Below, one piece after another: positions 31,735-40,701 of a stretch of DNA of 64,000 bases. Below the pieces are notes generated by a model, which had not been told where the DNA came from, made no database searches, and worked only from the letters and a program-made list of their open reading frames with translations. The stretch's first letter is position 1. Every line of letters begins with the position of its first letter. Origin of the DNA: an uncultured Sedimenticola sp. (GTDB lineage: Bacteria; Pseudomonadota; Gammaproteobacteria; Chromatiales; Chromatiaceae). The stretch is from the NCBI GenBank assembly GCA_964394235.1, contig CAYMWJ010000003.1:10896-74895 (forward strand), given 5' to 3'. Made by a program: the position numbers and the translations under genes.

Positions 31735-34527
31735 ATGCAGCGTCTGCTGATGCTCTGTGCCAGGTATCCGTGGCATGCCCTCGGGTTCCTGCTGCTGGTC
31801 TCACTCGCGGCCGCCACCCAGTTGCAGCACGTGCAGGTGCAGATCGCCACCGACGAGTTGCTGGTGATGGATGACCCCGAGCGCGCCTATTACGAGCGTA
31901 TCAGCCGCCAGTTCGGGGAAGAGAACATCGTGGTGCTCTATCTCGAGGACGCGGCGCTGATGGCGCCGGAACGCCTCGAGGTCCTGCGCCAGACCCTCGA
32001 GCAGATCGCGCAGCTGGATTTCGTCGACCGCGTGGAGAGCCTGTTCTCCGTGCCCTGGCTCAAGAGCGTCGATGGCTACCTGAACAAGGATCCCTACCTG
32101 AAGCAGCTGCCGAAGGATGCCGCCGAGGGTGAGCGCCTGCTCGCTCAGGCACTCCAGGATCCCTTCGTGCGTCACGTGCTGTTGTCGGTCGATGGGCGGG
32201 TGATGGGGGCGGCCATCGTGCTGCGCGACGATGTGAGCGGGGAGGACGACCTGCGGGTGACGCACGCACTCGAACGCCTGGTCGCGCCCTTGCGTGCGCA
32301 CTATCAGCGGGCCTTCGTGATCGGCTATCCGCACGTGCGCACGGCCATCGCCCAGCAGATCCGCCAGGAGCAGGCCGAGCTGTTCCCCTGGGCGGTGGGG
32401 GCCCTGTTGCTCGCGCTGTTCCTGCTGTTGCGTCAGCTGGTCGATATCCTCGCGCCGGTGCTCACCGCGGCGATCAGCATCGTCTGGACCCTGGGTCTGA
32501 TGGGACTGAGCGGCATCCCGTTGAACGTGGTCACCTCCATCGTGCCCATTCTGTTGATCATCGTCGGTTCGACCGAGGACATCCATCTGTTGTCGGAGTT
32601 TCGCCACGCCCAGCGCGCAGGCCTGGGCCGCGAGGCGGCGCTCGAGCGCATGGCCACGCGCATGGGGCGCACGGTACTGTTGACCTTCGTCACCACCTAT
32701 GCCGGCTTCTTCTCGGTGGCGCTGAGCCGCATCGAGGTGTTGTGGCAGTTCGGCGTCCTCGCCTCGACGGGTCTGCTGTTCAACTTCGTGGCCACCGTGG
32801 TGCTCATTCCGGCCCTGCTGTCGCTGGCCGGCCATTGGCAGCTCGATGGGCGCTCACGTTTCGTGCGGCAGCGTCCGGGACGCCTGGCACGACGTTACTG
32901 GGAGCTGCTCCATCGCGTGCGCTGGGGCATCCTCGTGGTGTTGCTCGGGATCTCGCTGATCGCGGCCCTCGGGGTGCCCCGGATCGAGGTCAATCACAGC
33001 ACCATCGACAGCCTGGCCCGTGATTCCGAGGTGCGGCGCCAGGTGGAGGCGGTCAACCAGCATCTGGCCGGGCTGGAGGACTTCTCCATCGTGCTCGAAT
33101 CGGGTATCGAGGACACCTTTCTCAAGGTGCGCTATCTCGAGCAGGTGGCCGCCATCCAGGCGTTCATCGAGCAACAGGGCCTGGCCCGTTCCACCACTTC
33201 GTTCACCGATTACCTGTCGATGCTCAACATGGCCTTCCAGGAGCTGGACAGGCCGTCGCTCCCCGGTTCGGACGACGTGGTCGATGAACTGATGATCTTT
33301 CTCGATCATCGCCATGTGCAGGCCTATGTATCGGACGACTACAGTCGATTGCGCATCCTCGTTCGCCACTCGGTCGACTCCACGGTGGCCTTGCAGGCCT
33401 TTGTCGACCGTGTGCAGGCCTATCTGGACGAGCATCTCGATGCCGGCCTCGAGGCGCACATCACCGGTTCCTCGGTGCTGACCCTGCGGGCCACCGAGTC
33501 GATGATCCGCGGTCAGCTGGAGTCGGTGCTGCTCCTGCTGCTGTGCTTCGTGCTCATCATCTCGGTGCTGTTCACCGATCTCCGTGTGGGTCTGATCGCC
33601 GCCCTGCCCAACGCGCTGCCGGTGCTGGTGCTGTTCGGTGTCATGGGCTACGCGGGTATCCCGCTGAACATCGGTACTGCCATGGCCGCAGCCATCGCCA
33701 TCGGGATCGCCGTGGACGACACCCTGCACTTCATGTTGCGCTACAACCGCGAACTGCGGTCCTCGCATCAGCAGGTCGCCGCCATGCAGGCGACCCTGGC
33801 CGGTGAGGGGCTGCCGGTGATTGCCACCTCGGTGGCCTTGATCGCGGGTTTTCTGGTCTTCACCCTCTCGGATTTCCAGCCCATCGTGCTGTTCGGGGCG
33901 CTCAGCGCCCTGGTCATCGCCACCGCGCTGCTGGCGGATTTCGTGATCACCCCCCTGGCCATCTCTTCGCTGCGCCTGGTCAACCTATGGGACCTGTTGT
34001 CGGCCCAGTTGCGGCGTGAGGTCATTCCGCAGAGTGTGCTGTTCCGAGGCATGCGGCCCTGGCAGATCCGTCGTTTCATCCTCGCCAGCACCCTGGGAGA
34101 GTACCGGCCGGGCGAGGTGATCTTCGAGCCGGGAGACGAATCGGACGCCATGTTCCTGGTGATGCGCGGTGCGGTGGAGGTGGTGGTGCCCGGCAGCCGT
34201 GGCGAAAGGGGTGATCTGGTGGTCAGTCGCTTCGGTGTGGGCGAGCTGTTCGGCGACGTGGCGGTGCTGGCCCGTAAACGCCGCAAGACGCGAGCGCGAG
34301 CGCTCGAACCGACGACCTTGCTGCTGCTGGGGCGCGACAGCCTCTACAATGCCGTGCAATACCACCCCTTGCTGGCGAGTCGCCTGTTCTACAATCTGGC
34401 GGTCGACGTGAGCTGTCGCTGGATCCGTTTCATTGGCACTATCCAGTCGCCCGCGGATTCGCGGGTCCGTGGGGCAGGCAAGGGAGCCGAGGACGGCCAC
34501 TGCGGGCGGAGCGTTGAGGAGTCGTGA
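31735..34527 (+). CDS. MMPL/RND family transporter with C-terminal cyclic-nucleotide-binding domain
   Basis: Two MMPL halves (GSTEDIHLL; IGIAVDDTLH..LRY) then YRPGEVIFEPGD...MFLV.RGAVEV...GELFGD...RARA. Confidence 0.88.
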   Translation: MQRLLMLCARYPWHALGFLLLVSLAAATQLQHVQVQIATDELLVMDDPERAYYERISRQFGEENIVVLYLEDAALMAPERLEVLRQTLEQIAQLDFVDRVESLFSVPWLKSVDGYLNKDPYLKQLPKDAAEGERLLAQALQDPFVRHVLLSVDGRVMGAAIVLRDDVSGEDDLRVTHALERLVAPLRAHYQRAFVIGYPHVRTAIAQQIRQEQAELFPWAVGALLLALFLLLRQLVDILAPVLTAAISIVWTLGLMGLSGIPLNVVTSIVPILLIIVGSTEDIHLLSEFRHAQRAGLGREAALERMATRMGRTVLLTFVTTYAGFFSVALSRIEVLWQFGVLASTGLLFNFVATVVLIPALLSLAGHWQLDGRSRFVRQRPGRLARRYWELLHRVRWGILVVLLGISLIAALGVPRIEVNHSTIDSLARDSEVRRQVEAVNQHLAGLEDFSIVLESGIEDTFLKVRYLEQVAAIQAFIEQQGLARSTTSFTDYLSMLNMAFQELDRPSLPGSDDVVDELMIFLDHRHVQAYVSDDYSRLRILVRHSVDSTVALQAFVDRVQAYLDEHLDAGLEAHITGSSVLTLRATESMIRGQLESVLLLLLCFVLIISVLFTDLRVGLIAALPNALPVLVLFGVMGYAGIPLNIGTAMAAAIAIGIAVDDTLHFMLRYNRELRSSHQQVAAMQATLAGEGLPVIATSVALIAGFLVFTLSDFQPIVLFGALSALVIATALLADFVITPLAISSLRLVNLWDLLSAQLRREVIPQSVLFRGMRPWQIRRFILASTLGEYRPGEVIFEPGDESDAMFLVMRGAVEVVVPGSRGERGDLVVSRFGVGELFGDVAVLARKRRKTRARALEPTTLLLLGRDSLYNAVQYHPLLASRLFYNLAVDVSCRWIRFIGTIQSPADSRVRGAGKGAEDGHCGRSVEES

Positions 34528-35294
34528 CGATGCGAAGGAGAATCTGCGGGCGGGGTCCGCTTGCCCTGGTGGCCTTGCTGCCACTGATCGCCGCCCTGGC
34601 CAGGGCGACCCCTTCCCCGGTATTCAGCGCCCCCTACAGTGGTGAGCGGGTGACCGAGTATGAGGTGGAGCTGGCGACCGGTCCCCATGCCCGGCGCGGT
34701 TTTCGTATTCCCGCCGAATGTCCGGCCGCCCATCAGGCCTTTCGCGCCGGAGCGCAGCAGTGGTGCAATCGCGTGGAGCGCCGGCTCTGGGCCAAGGTGA
34801 TGCAGGATTGTTATTACGCCGCCTTTCTCGCTCGCGCCCGGCCCGGCGCGCAACACGATTTCGTGAGCGGCTACGATCTCATGAATGCGCGTCTGGCCGA
34901 CCTGCCGCTGCGTCGCCATTGCGGCCTGGACAATGGTTGTGAACCCCTGCCGCCGGGGGTGATCGATCTGGGGCAGATCCTGGCCCGGGTGACCACGCGC
35001 GAGGAGGGCGAGCACGCCACGCCCGAGGCCTGCCGGGTCGAGCACGGGCGCTTTCGGGGCTGGGTAAGATTCGATCCGAAGGGGGGCATGGTCTGCTGGT
35101 CCGATCCGCACGCCAATGGCTTTCGCATCATTGCCGTGGACCATGGCGACGTGAACGGCGACGGCTATCTGGACGCCATACTGCGCTTGATCCCGCTCGG
35201 TCGGGACTATCGTCGAGTTCCGCTGATCCTGCCGTTGACGCGCAAGCAGCCTGATGGCCCCTTCAGCCTGCCGGATCGGCTGGCGGTGCCCTGA
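34524..35294 (+). CDS. Hypothetical secreted Cys-rich protein with a DxDxDG Ca-binding motif
   Basis: Signal peptide, multiple Cys, DHGDVNGDGYLD; GTGA overlap with the upstream stop. Confidence 0.7.
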   Translation: MTMRRRICGRGPLALVALLPLIAALARATPSPVFSAPYSGERVTEYEVELATGPHARRGFRIPAECPAAHQAFRAGAQQWCNRVERRLWAKVMQDCYYAAFLARARPGAQHDFVSGYDLMNARLADLPLRRHCGLDNGCEPLPPGVIDLGQILARVTTREEGEHATPEACRVEHGRFRGWVRFDPKGGMVCWSDPHANGFRIIAVDHGDVNGDGYLDAILRLIPLGRDYRRVPLILPLTRKQPDGPFSLPDRLAVP

Positions 35295-35325
35295 GAACCA
35301 TCGTGGCGGGAGGCCTCTGAAAACC

Positions 35326-36042
35326 ATGTGGGTACTTGCTGTCAGTGTTTTGGCCTACCTGTTCGGCCTGGGGGTGCTGGTGCTCTTCGTGCTGTTTGTC
35401 GCTCCCTGGCCGCTGCTGCCGTGGCACGTGGATTCCGGAGGGGCCGGGTTGCCGGTCTGGCTGGCAGTCGGCATCGACATCGGCCTGCTGGCACTGTTCG
35501 GTCTGCAACATTCCGTGATGGCGAGGCCCCGTTTCCGGCGCCTGCTGCCGCCCGCGCTCACGCGTGCCGTCTATGTGTTGGCCTCGGGGATGGCGCTGGG
35601 GCTGTTGATCGCTTGCTGGCAGCCGTTGCCCGGCGAGCCGTGGCAGGTCGAACAGCCGTTCGCGCGCGGCTTGTTGCTGGCGGGGTTCGTTGGCGGCTGG
35701 GCGCTGTCGGTCTACGCCACCTTCGTCATCGACCACTTCGAGCTGTTCGGCTTGCGTCAGGCCTGGCGATACTTGCGGAGGGAGGCCGCGCCGGCGCCCG
35801 CCTTTCGCGAGGTGTCACTCTACCGCTGGGTGCGTCATCCCATGCAGCTCGGCGTGTTGATCGGCCTGTGGGCCACGCCGCAGATGTCGAGCGGCCACCT
35901 GCTGCTGGCGCTGGGCATGACCGCCTATGTGCTGCTCGGCCTGTGGTTCGAGGAGCGCGACCTGCTGGTCGAGCTGGGCCCGGCCTATGCCGAGTACCGC
36001 CAGCGGGTGCCGCGGCTGATTCCCCTGCGTCGGCCGCGCTGA
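35326..36042 (+). CDS. mddA: Methanethiol S-methyltransferase-like membrane methyltransferase (MddA/ICMT-PEMT family)
   Basis: LFGLQHSVMARP, FVIDHFELFGLRQ, LYRWVRHP, WATP.M..GHLL, EERDL. Confidence 0.75.
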   Translation: MWVLAVSVLAYLFGLGVLVLFVLFVAPWPLLPWHVDSGGAGLPVWLAVGIDIGLLALFGLQHSVMARPRFRRLLPPALTRAVYVLASGMALGLLIACWQPLPGEPWQVEQPFARGLLLAGFVGGWALSVYATFVIDHFELFGLRQAWRYLRREAAPAPAFREVSLYRWVRHPMQLGVLIGLWATPQMSSGHLLLALGMTAYVLLGLWFEERDLLVELGPAYAEYRQRVPRLIPLRRPR

Positions 36043-36160
36043 TGTCGAGCTCGGCCGATGCGCGCAGGTGGCGTGATCGCGGGCAGCGTGTCCCGGGCGC
36101 GGACACAAGAAACCCCGCCACGGGGGCGGGGCGGGTTTGCCAACCCAGCTTGGGTCTCGA

Positions 36161-37132
36161 TCAATCGTTCAGCGGCTTGAGCTTGAGTTCGCTGTCGGTA
36201 GCCTTCAGGAAGCCGTATTTCGCGTAGATGGCCTGGGCCGCGGGGGTGCCGAGGTAGGCGAGATAGCGTTCAGCATTGTGCGGATTGCGCCCGGTGGCCA
36301 GGGTGCCGATGGCATAGCCCACCTTGTGCTGCATGTTGTAGGGCGCGGGGATGGGCACGCCTTCGATCGGGCGTCCCTGGGCCTGGGCATGTTTCACCTC
36401 GGTGGTCCAGACGATGCCTACGTCGGCCTCGCCCTTCTCGATCCGGTAGGGCGTCTCACGGTGATGACGCGAGGTGAACCAGGTCTTGCCGGGCACGGCC
36501 CAGCAGCTCTTGCATTTGGCACCACCGGTGACCTTGTCGTACAGACCCAGGTCCTTGAGCATCTGTGCGCCGTAGAACTTGAAGATGCCCTCGGTCAGCG
36601 GGTTGGGGTGGGACTGCACCAGGTCGTCGCGGCCCAGATCCTCCGGTCCCTTGATGCCCTTGGGGTTGCCCTTGGCGACCATCAGTTCGAGCTTGTTGTG
36701 GGTGTAGATCATGTAGTCGTGCATGAGCCCCTTCTTTGCCAGCTTCTTCAGGTGGCCCAGGTTCACGCTGGCGAACAGGTCGGGATTCTGTGCGGTCTTC
36801 CGGCCATCGATGACCCCCTGCTTGAGGATCTGGCCCTTGAGGATCTGACCCGGCGGGATGGTCTCGACGTAGATGGTGCGGATGTCGGGGTTCTTCTTCT
36901 GGAAGTCGCGGATCAGCTCTTCCATCACCATGAACTGGTTGCCGGCGAGGTACATGACCAGGTCGGCGGTGTAGGAATCACCGATCTTGCCGTACGTGAT
37001 ATGGCCGTCGGCATGAAAGGTACGGTAGTCGTGACCGTGACCGGCGCTGTCCTTGCCCTGGGTCGCCATCGTGGGGGCGGTCAGGAGCAGCGTGGTGGCC
37101 GCGAGCAGTGCCAGCAGCTTGCGTGGTTTCAT
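36161..37132 (-). CDS. Periplasmic ModA-like (molybdate/sulfur-oxyanion) substrate-binding protein, orphan
   Basis: Signal peptide; LAGNQFMV, YVETIPPG, HHRETP, ADVGIVW.TE; no permease or ATPase nearby. Confidence 0.8.
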   Translation of the reverse strand: MKPRKLLALLAATTLLLTAPTMATQGKDSAGHGHDYRTFHADGHITYGKIGDSYTADLVMYLAGNQFMVMEELIRDFQKKNPDIRTIYVETIPPGQILKGQILKQGVIDGRKTAQNPDLFASVNLGHLKKLAKKGLMHDYMIYTHNKLELMVAKGNPKGIKGPEDLGRDDLVQSHPNPLTEGIFKFYGAQMLKDLGLYDKVTGGAKCKSCWAVPGKTWFTSRHHRETPYRIEKGEADVGIVWTTEVKHAQAQGRPIEGVPIPAPYNMQHKVGYAIGTLATGRNPHNAERYLAYLGTPAAQAIYAKYGFLKATDSELKLKPLND

Positions 37133-37255
37133 GATGTCCTCCTTTGGGGGTCGTTGTTGGCGTCTCCATCCTGGAGCGGATGCTGTATCTCGCCAATACG
37201 ATCGACTACGGGATGGCCCCTGGGGGAAACCCGAGGTTGTCTTTCAAGTTGTTGA

Positions 37256-39097
37256 TCAGGAAGGGAAATCGGATGGGTCTTCGGTGTCGAGCAGTCCGGC
37301 CTGCATGGCCAGGCGGGTGAGCGCGGCAGCGTTGCCGAGCTCGAGCTTGCGCATCAGGTTGGAGCGATGCAGCTCGACGGTCTTGACGCTGATCCCCAGT
37401 TCGCGGGCGATCTGCTTGTTGGCCAGGCCACGGCTCACTGCGATCAGCACCTCGCGTTCGCGCGGGGTGAGCCCTGCCAGACGGTGGGCGGCCAGTGCAC
37501 GACGCTGTTCGCGCAGGCGGTTCTGTTCCTCGTAGGCCAGCCACTGCGCCACCAGTTGCAGGATGCGCATCCCCAGTGTGTTGTGACGCCCCAGCTTGTG
37601 CGCGGCTTGCTGCTCGGCGAGCAGTTCCAGCACGCACAGGGCCTTGCCCTGCTGCACTACTGGGCAGGCCAGGTAGCGCATCGTCGTGTCCTCCCGCGCA
37701 AACTCGCGTTCGAGCGGCGCGCGTTCGGCCACGGCGCGTGCAGCCGCCTCGGCATCGAGGACAGCGGGTGGGCTGTCGGGCGGGCTGGCCGCGCAGTATT
37801 CGGGGCGCCCCTTACGTACCCGGTGGAGCAGCAGGTGCCGGGTGCCGAAGTAGGCGGCCAGGTGATCGAGGATGGATTGCAGGCGCTGTTCCGGGCTCAG
37901 GTCGTCGCGCACGATCAGGGTGTGGATGCTGTGCAGGCAGTCGCAGCCGTCGTGCAGGGCCTCTTCCTGACGGATGCGCGTGGCGATGTCGTCCTGCAGC
38001 GTGCGATTCGCTGCGAGCAGGGCCTCGGTGCGTTGCTCGACCAATTGTTCCAGCTCGTCCCGGTGTCGCTCGAGTGCCTGTTGCGAGCGTTGCAGTTCGC
38101 GGTTGATGCGCAGGATGTAGAGGCTGCTGCCCAGCCCCAGCAGCAGTGCCGTGAGCAGGCTGCCGAGCAGGGTGGCGTGGCTGTGCCACAGTTCGGCCAG
38201 GGAAAGAGGGCGTGGCGTGTAGGGAGGGGCCTGCAAGGTGCGCAGTACCTCGTGTACGCCGTTGTAGTCCAGCGGGATGGTCCAGCCGGCGATGCTTGCC
38301 GCGCGTGCCACCGGGCCGTCGGCGGGCATCTGCAGCAGTTGCAGGGTCACCTGGCGGGCCAGTGCCTCGTCGGTGCGCGGCAACCTCGCCAGCGGCCACT
38401 CGGGGTACAGCGAGGTGCTCAGGCGCAGGGGAAAGCCGGGCGCATGTCGGGGCAGCAGGATGCGCAATGCCTTCGGGTCCAGGCGCCCGGCAGTGATCAG
38501 GCCTTCGATCACGCCGGTGCGTACCGTGCCGGCATCCGCCCGGCCCTCGAGTACCGCCTGCACGATCTCGTGTTGTGGAAATCCCAGCCACAGGGGGTGC
38601 ATCTCGTGCAGTGGGTCGATGCCGGTCTCGCGCAGCGCGTGGCGTGCCAGCAGGAAGCCGCCAAAGGCCTCGGGACTGACGGCCGCCAGGCGCTGTCCCC
38701 GCAGATCCTCAGGGGTGTGAATGCCGCTGTCGGCACGGGTGAAGATCACGGCCCCGAAACGGGTGAGCGCGCGTCCAGCATGCCGGTTGCGCAGGGTGAG
38801 GATACGGGTGACACCGAAACTCACCTCGAGTTGCACATAGTGCGCCGGGTTGGTGAGCACGAAATCCAGCTGGTCCTTGCGGATGCGGTTGCGGAAGCCT
38901 TCGTGGGTGAGCGGCAGTACGCGGAAGGTGTAGCCGGGTATGCGGGCGCTGAGGTAGCCAGCCAGCGGCTGCCAGCGCGCCAGCGCGCGCTCCTCGCCGT
39001 CGAAGGCGAGCACCCCGATGTGCACCGTGCGGGGCGGCTCGCCGAAGGCGATGCCCCAGCACAGCAGCGAGACCAACAGACAGAGGCGGTATCCCAT
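37256..39097 (-). CDS. Transmembrane one-component regulator: PhnD/TtrS-like periplasmic domain, TM, coiled coil, GAF-like domain, LuxR HTH
   Basis: IGVLA...W.PLAGYL, DFVLTNP, FGAVIF, SFGGF-like AFGGF, DAGTVRTG, YPEWP; C-terminal LTPREREVL...NKQIARELGISVKTVELHRSNLMRKL. Confidence 0.85.
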   Translation of the reverse strand: MGYRLCLLVSLLCWGIAFGEPPRTVHIGVLAFDGEERALARWQPLAGYLSARIPGYTFRVLPLTHEGFRNRIRKDQLDFVLTNPAHYVQLEVSFGVTRILTLRNRHAGRALTRFGAVIFTRADSGIHTPEDLRGQRLAAVSPEAFGGFLLARHALRETGIDPLHEMHPLWLGFPQHEIVQAVLEGRADAGTVRTGVIEGLITAGRLDPKALRILLPRHAPGFPLRLSTSLYPEWPLARLPRTDEALARQVTLQLLQMPADGPVARAASIAGWTIPLDYNGVHEVLRTLQAPPYTPRPLSLAELWHSHATLLGSLLTALLLGLGSSLYILRINRELQRSQQALERHRDELEQLVEQRTEALLAANRTLQDDIATRIRQEEALHDGCDCLHSIHTLIVRDDLSPEQRLQSILDHLAAYFGTRHLLLHRVRKGRPEYCAASPPDSPPAVLDAEAAARAVAERAPLEREFAREDTTMRYLACPVVQQGKALCVLELLAEQQAAHKLGRHNTLGMRILQLVAQWLAYEEQNRLREQRRALAAHRLAGLTPREREVLIAVSRGLANKQIARELGISVKTVELHRSNLMRKLELGNAAALTRLAMQAGLLDTEDPSDFPS

Positions 39098-39176
39098 GTG
39101 CTGGAGATGCGCTGTGCGCCGCTTTATTCCCCGGGCTCAGGTCACGAGTTGCCGCGTCCCGGGTCGCTGCGGGCCA

Positions 39177-39554
39177 TCACGGGGATGCCTGTTTGCAGGC
39201 GGGCAGGCAGGCGAGGCGGATCCTTTCCTTCAGGTCGTCGAGGTCTTGGCAATCGCGCAGGGAGCGGGCGTTCAGGCATTGCTGGATCTCGCCTTCGCCT
39301 TCCACGAACACGGCGGGTAGTTCGGTGCGCACTTGCGGGTATTCACGCCGGAACTCGTCACGGTGCAGGAAGCGGGTCTCCACCGGCAGGGCTGTGATGA
39401 AATCGCGCCAGGCCTCGCGTTCGCGCAGTACGCCATGGGTAAGCATGCACAGGTCGCAGTGGTAGGTCTGCGGCGAGAACAGTTTGTGGCCGATGTCGGC
39501 CAGGGTGTTGAACAGGCCCGAGTCGGCGTTGTAGACGAACAGCAGACGCGGCAT
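39177..39554 (-). CDS. Conserved hypothetical protein with a CxxC motif (thioredoxin-like?)
   Basis: LLFVYNADSG...HKLFSPQTYHCDLCMLTHG...FLHRDEF conserved-family pattern. Confidence 0.7.
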   Translation of the reverse strand: MPRLLFVYNADSGLFNTLADIGHKLFSPQTYHCDLCMLTHGVLREREAWRDFITALPVETRFLHRDEFRREYPQVRTELPAVFVEGEGEIQQCLNARSLRDCQDLDDLKERIRLACLPACKQASP

Positions 39555-39590
39555 ACGAGGCTCCGGTGTGTCAGACTGGCGGCCGGGCGG

Positions 39591-39618
39591 CTTGAATTCC
39601 GTCCGTCGGCCCCGATGT
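39591..39618 (+). promoter_or_regulatory. Sigma32 (RpoH) promoter for cbpA-cbpM-htpX
   Basis: CTTGAAT-N13-CCCGATGT vs consensus CTTGAAA-N13/14-CCCCATNT. Confidence 0.7.
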
Positions 39619-39732
39619 TGGGGCTGTTGAGGGATCTCTGAACCCAATGCTGTAGTTGCCTTCCCGGCAAGCGGGGGGCTGGGTCGGAGGTTCCCTGGGT
39701 CAACCCTAGCAGATCAGGCAAGCCGTTATTCG

Positions 39733-40695
39733 ATGGAATTCAAGGACTACTACGAAATCATGGGCGTCTCGCGCGACGCCACGCAGGACGAGATCAAGCG
39801 CGCCTACCGCAAGCTGGCGCGCAAGTATCATCCCGACGTGAGCAAGGAGCCGGACGCCGAGCAGCGCTTCAAGGAGATCGGTGAGGCCTACGAGGTGCTC
39901 AAGGATCCCGAGAAGCGCGCCGCCTACGACCAGCTCGGTGCCAACTGGCAGGCCGGGCAGGACTTCCGTCCGCCGCCGGACTGGGACCAGGGCTTCGAGT
40001 TCCATGGCGGCGGCTTTACCGGTGCCGATGCCGAGCAGTTCAGCGACTTCTTCGAGAGCCTGTTCGGTCGCGCGCGCGGCGGCAGCCGTCATGCCTGGTC
40101 GACGGCAGGTGGTGGTGGCTTCGATCTGCGCGGCGAGGACACCTATGCCAAGGTGCTGATCGATCTCGAGGACGCCTACCAGGGGGCGATCCGGACGCTG
40201 ACCCTCAAGCACACCGAGCTGGGGCCGGATGGCCGGCCGCGGCTGCGCGAGCGCACGCTCAATGTGCGCATTCCCAAAGGGGTGAAGGAAGGGCAGCACA
40301 TTCGCCTGGCGCGCCAGGGCAGTCCCGGCGTCGGCAAGGGCGAACCGGGGGATCTCTATCTCGAAGTGGCGTTCCGCCCGCATCCCTTCTATCGTGTAGA
40401 GGGCAAGGATGTCTATATCGAGCTGCCGGTGGCGCCCTGGGAGGCTGCGCTGGGCGCCAAGGTCAAGGTGCCCACGCCGGCCGGCGCAGTGGACCTGAAG
40501 ATCCCCGCCGGCTCCAGGGCCGGGCGCAAGCTGCGTCTGAAGGGACGTGGGATCCCGGCGAAGCAGCCAGGCGATTTCTACGTCGAACTGCAGATCGCCC
40601 TGCCGCCGGCCGATGATGCGGAGGCGCGTACCGACTATGAGCGATTCAGGGAAGCCTTTCCGGGCTTCGCCCCGCGGGCGCATCTGGGAGTGTGA
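39733..40695 (+). CDS. cbpA: DnaJ-class chaperone CbpA
   Basis: J-domain with HPD, no zinc finger, DnaJ_C (GDLYL, PVAPWEAALG). Confidence 0.92.
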   Translation: MEFKDYYEIMGVSRDATQDEIKRAYRKLARKYHPDVSKEPDAEQRFKEIGEAYEVLKDPEKRAAYDQLGANWQAGQDFRPPPDWDQGFEFHGGGFTGADAEQFSDFFESLFGRARGGSRHAWSTAGGGGFDLRGEDTYAKVLIDLEDAYQGAIRTLTLKHTELGPDGRPRLRERTLNVRIPKGVKEGQHIRLARQGSPGVGKGEPGDLYLEVAFRPHPFYRVEGKDVYIELPVAPWEAALGAKVKVPTPAGAVDLKIPAGSRAGRKLRLKGRGIPAKQPGDFYVELQIALPPADDAEARTDYERFREAFPGFAPRAHLGV

Positions 40696-40701
40696 CGGGC
40701 C

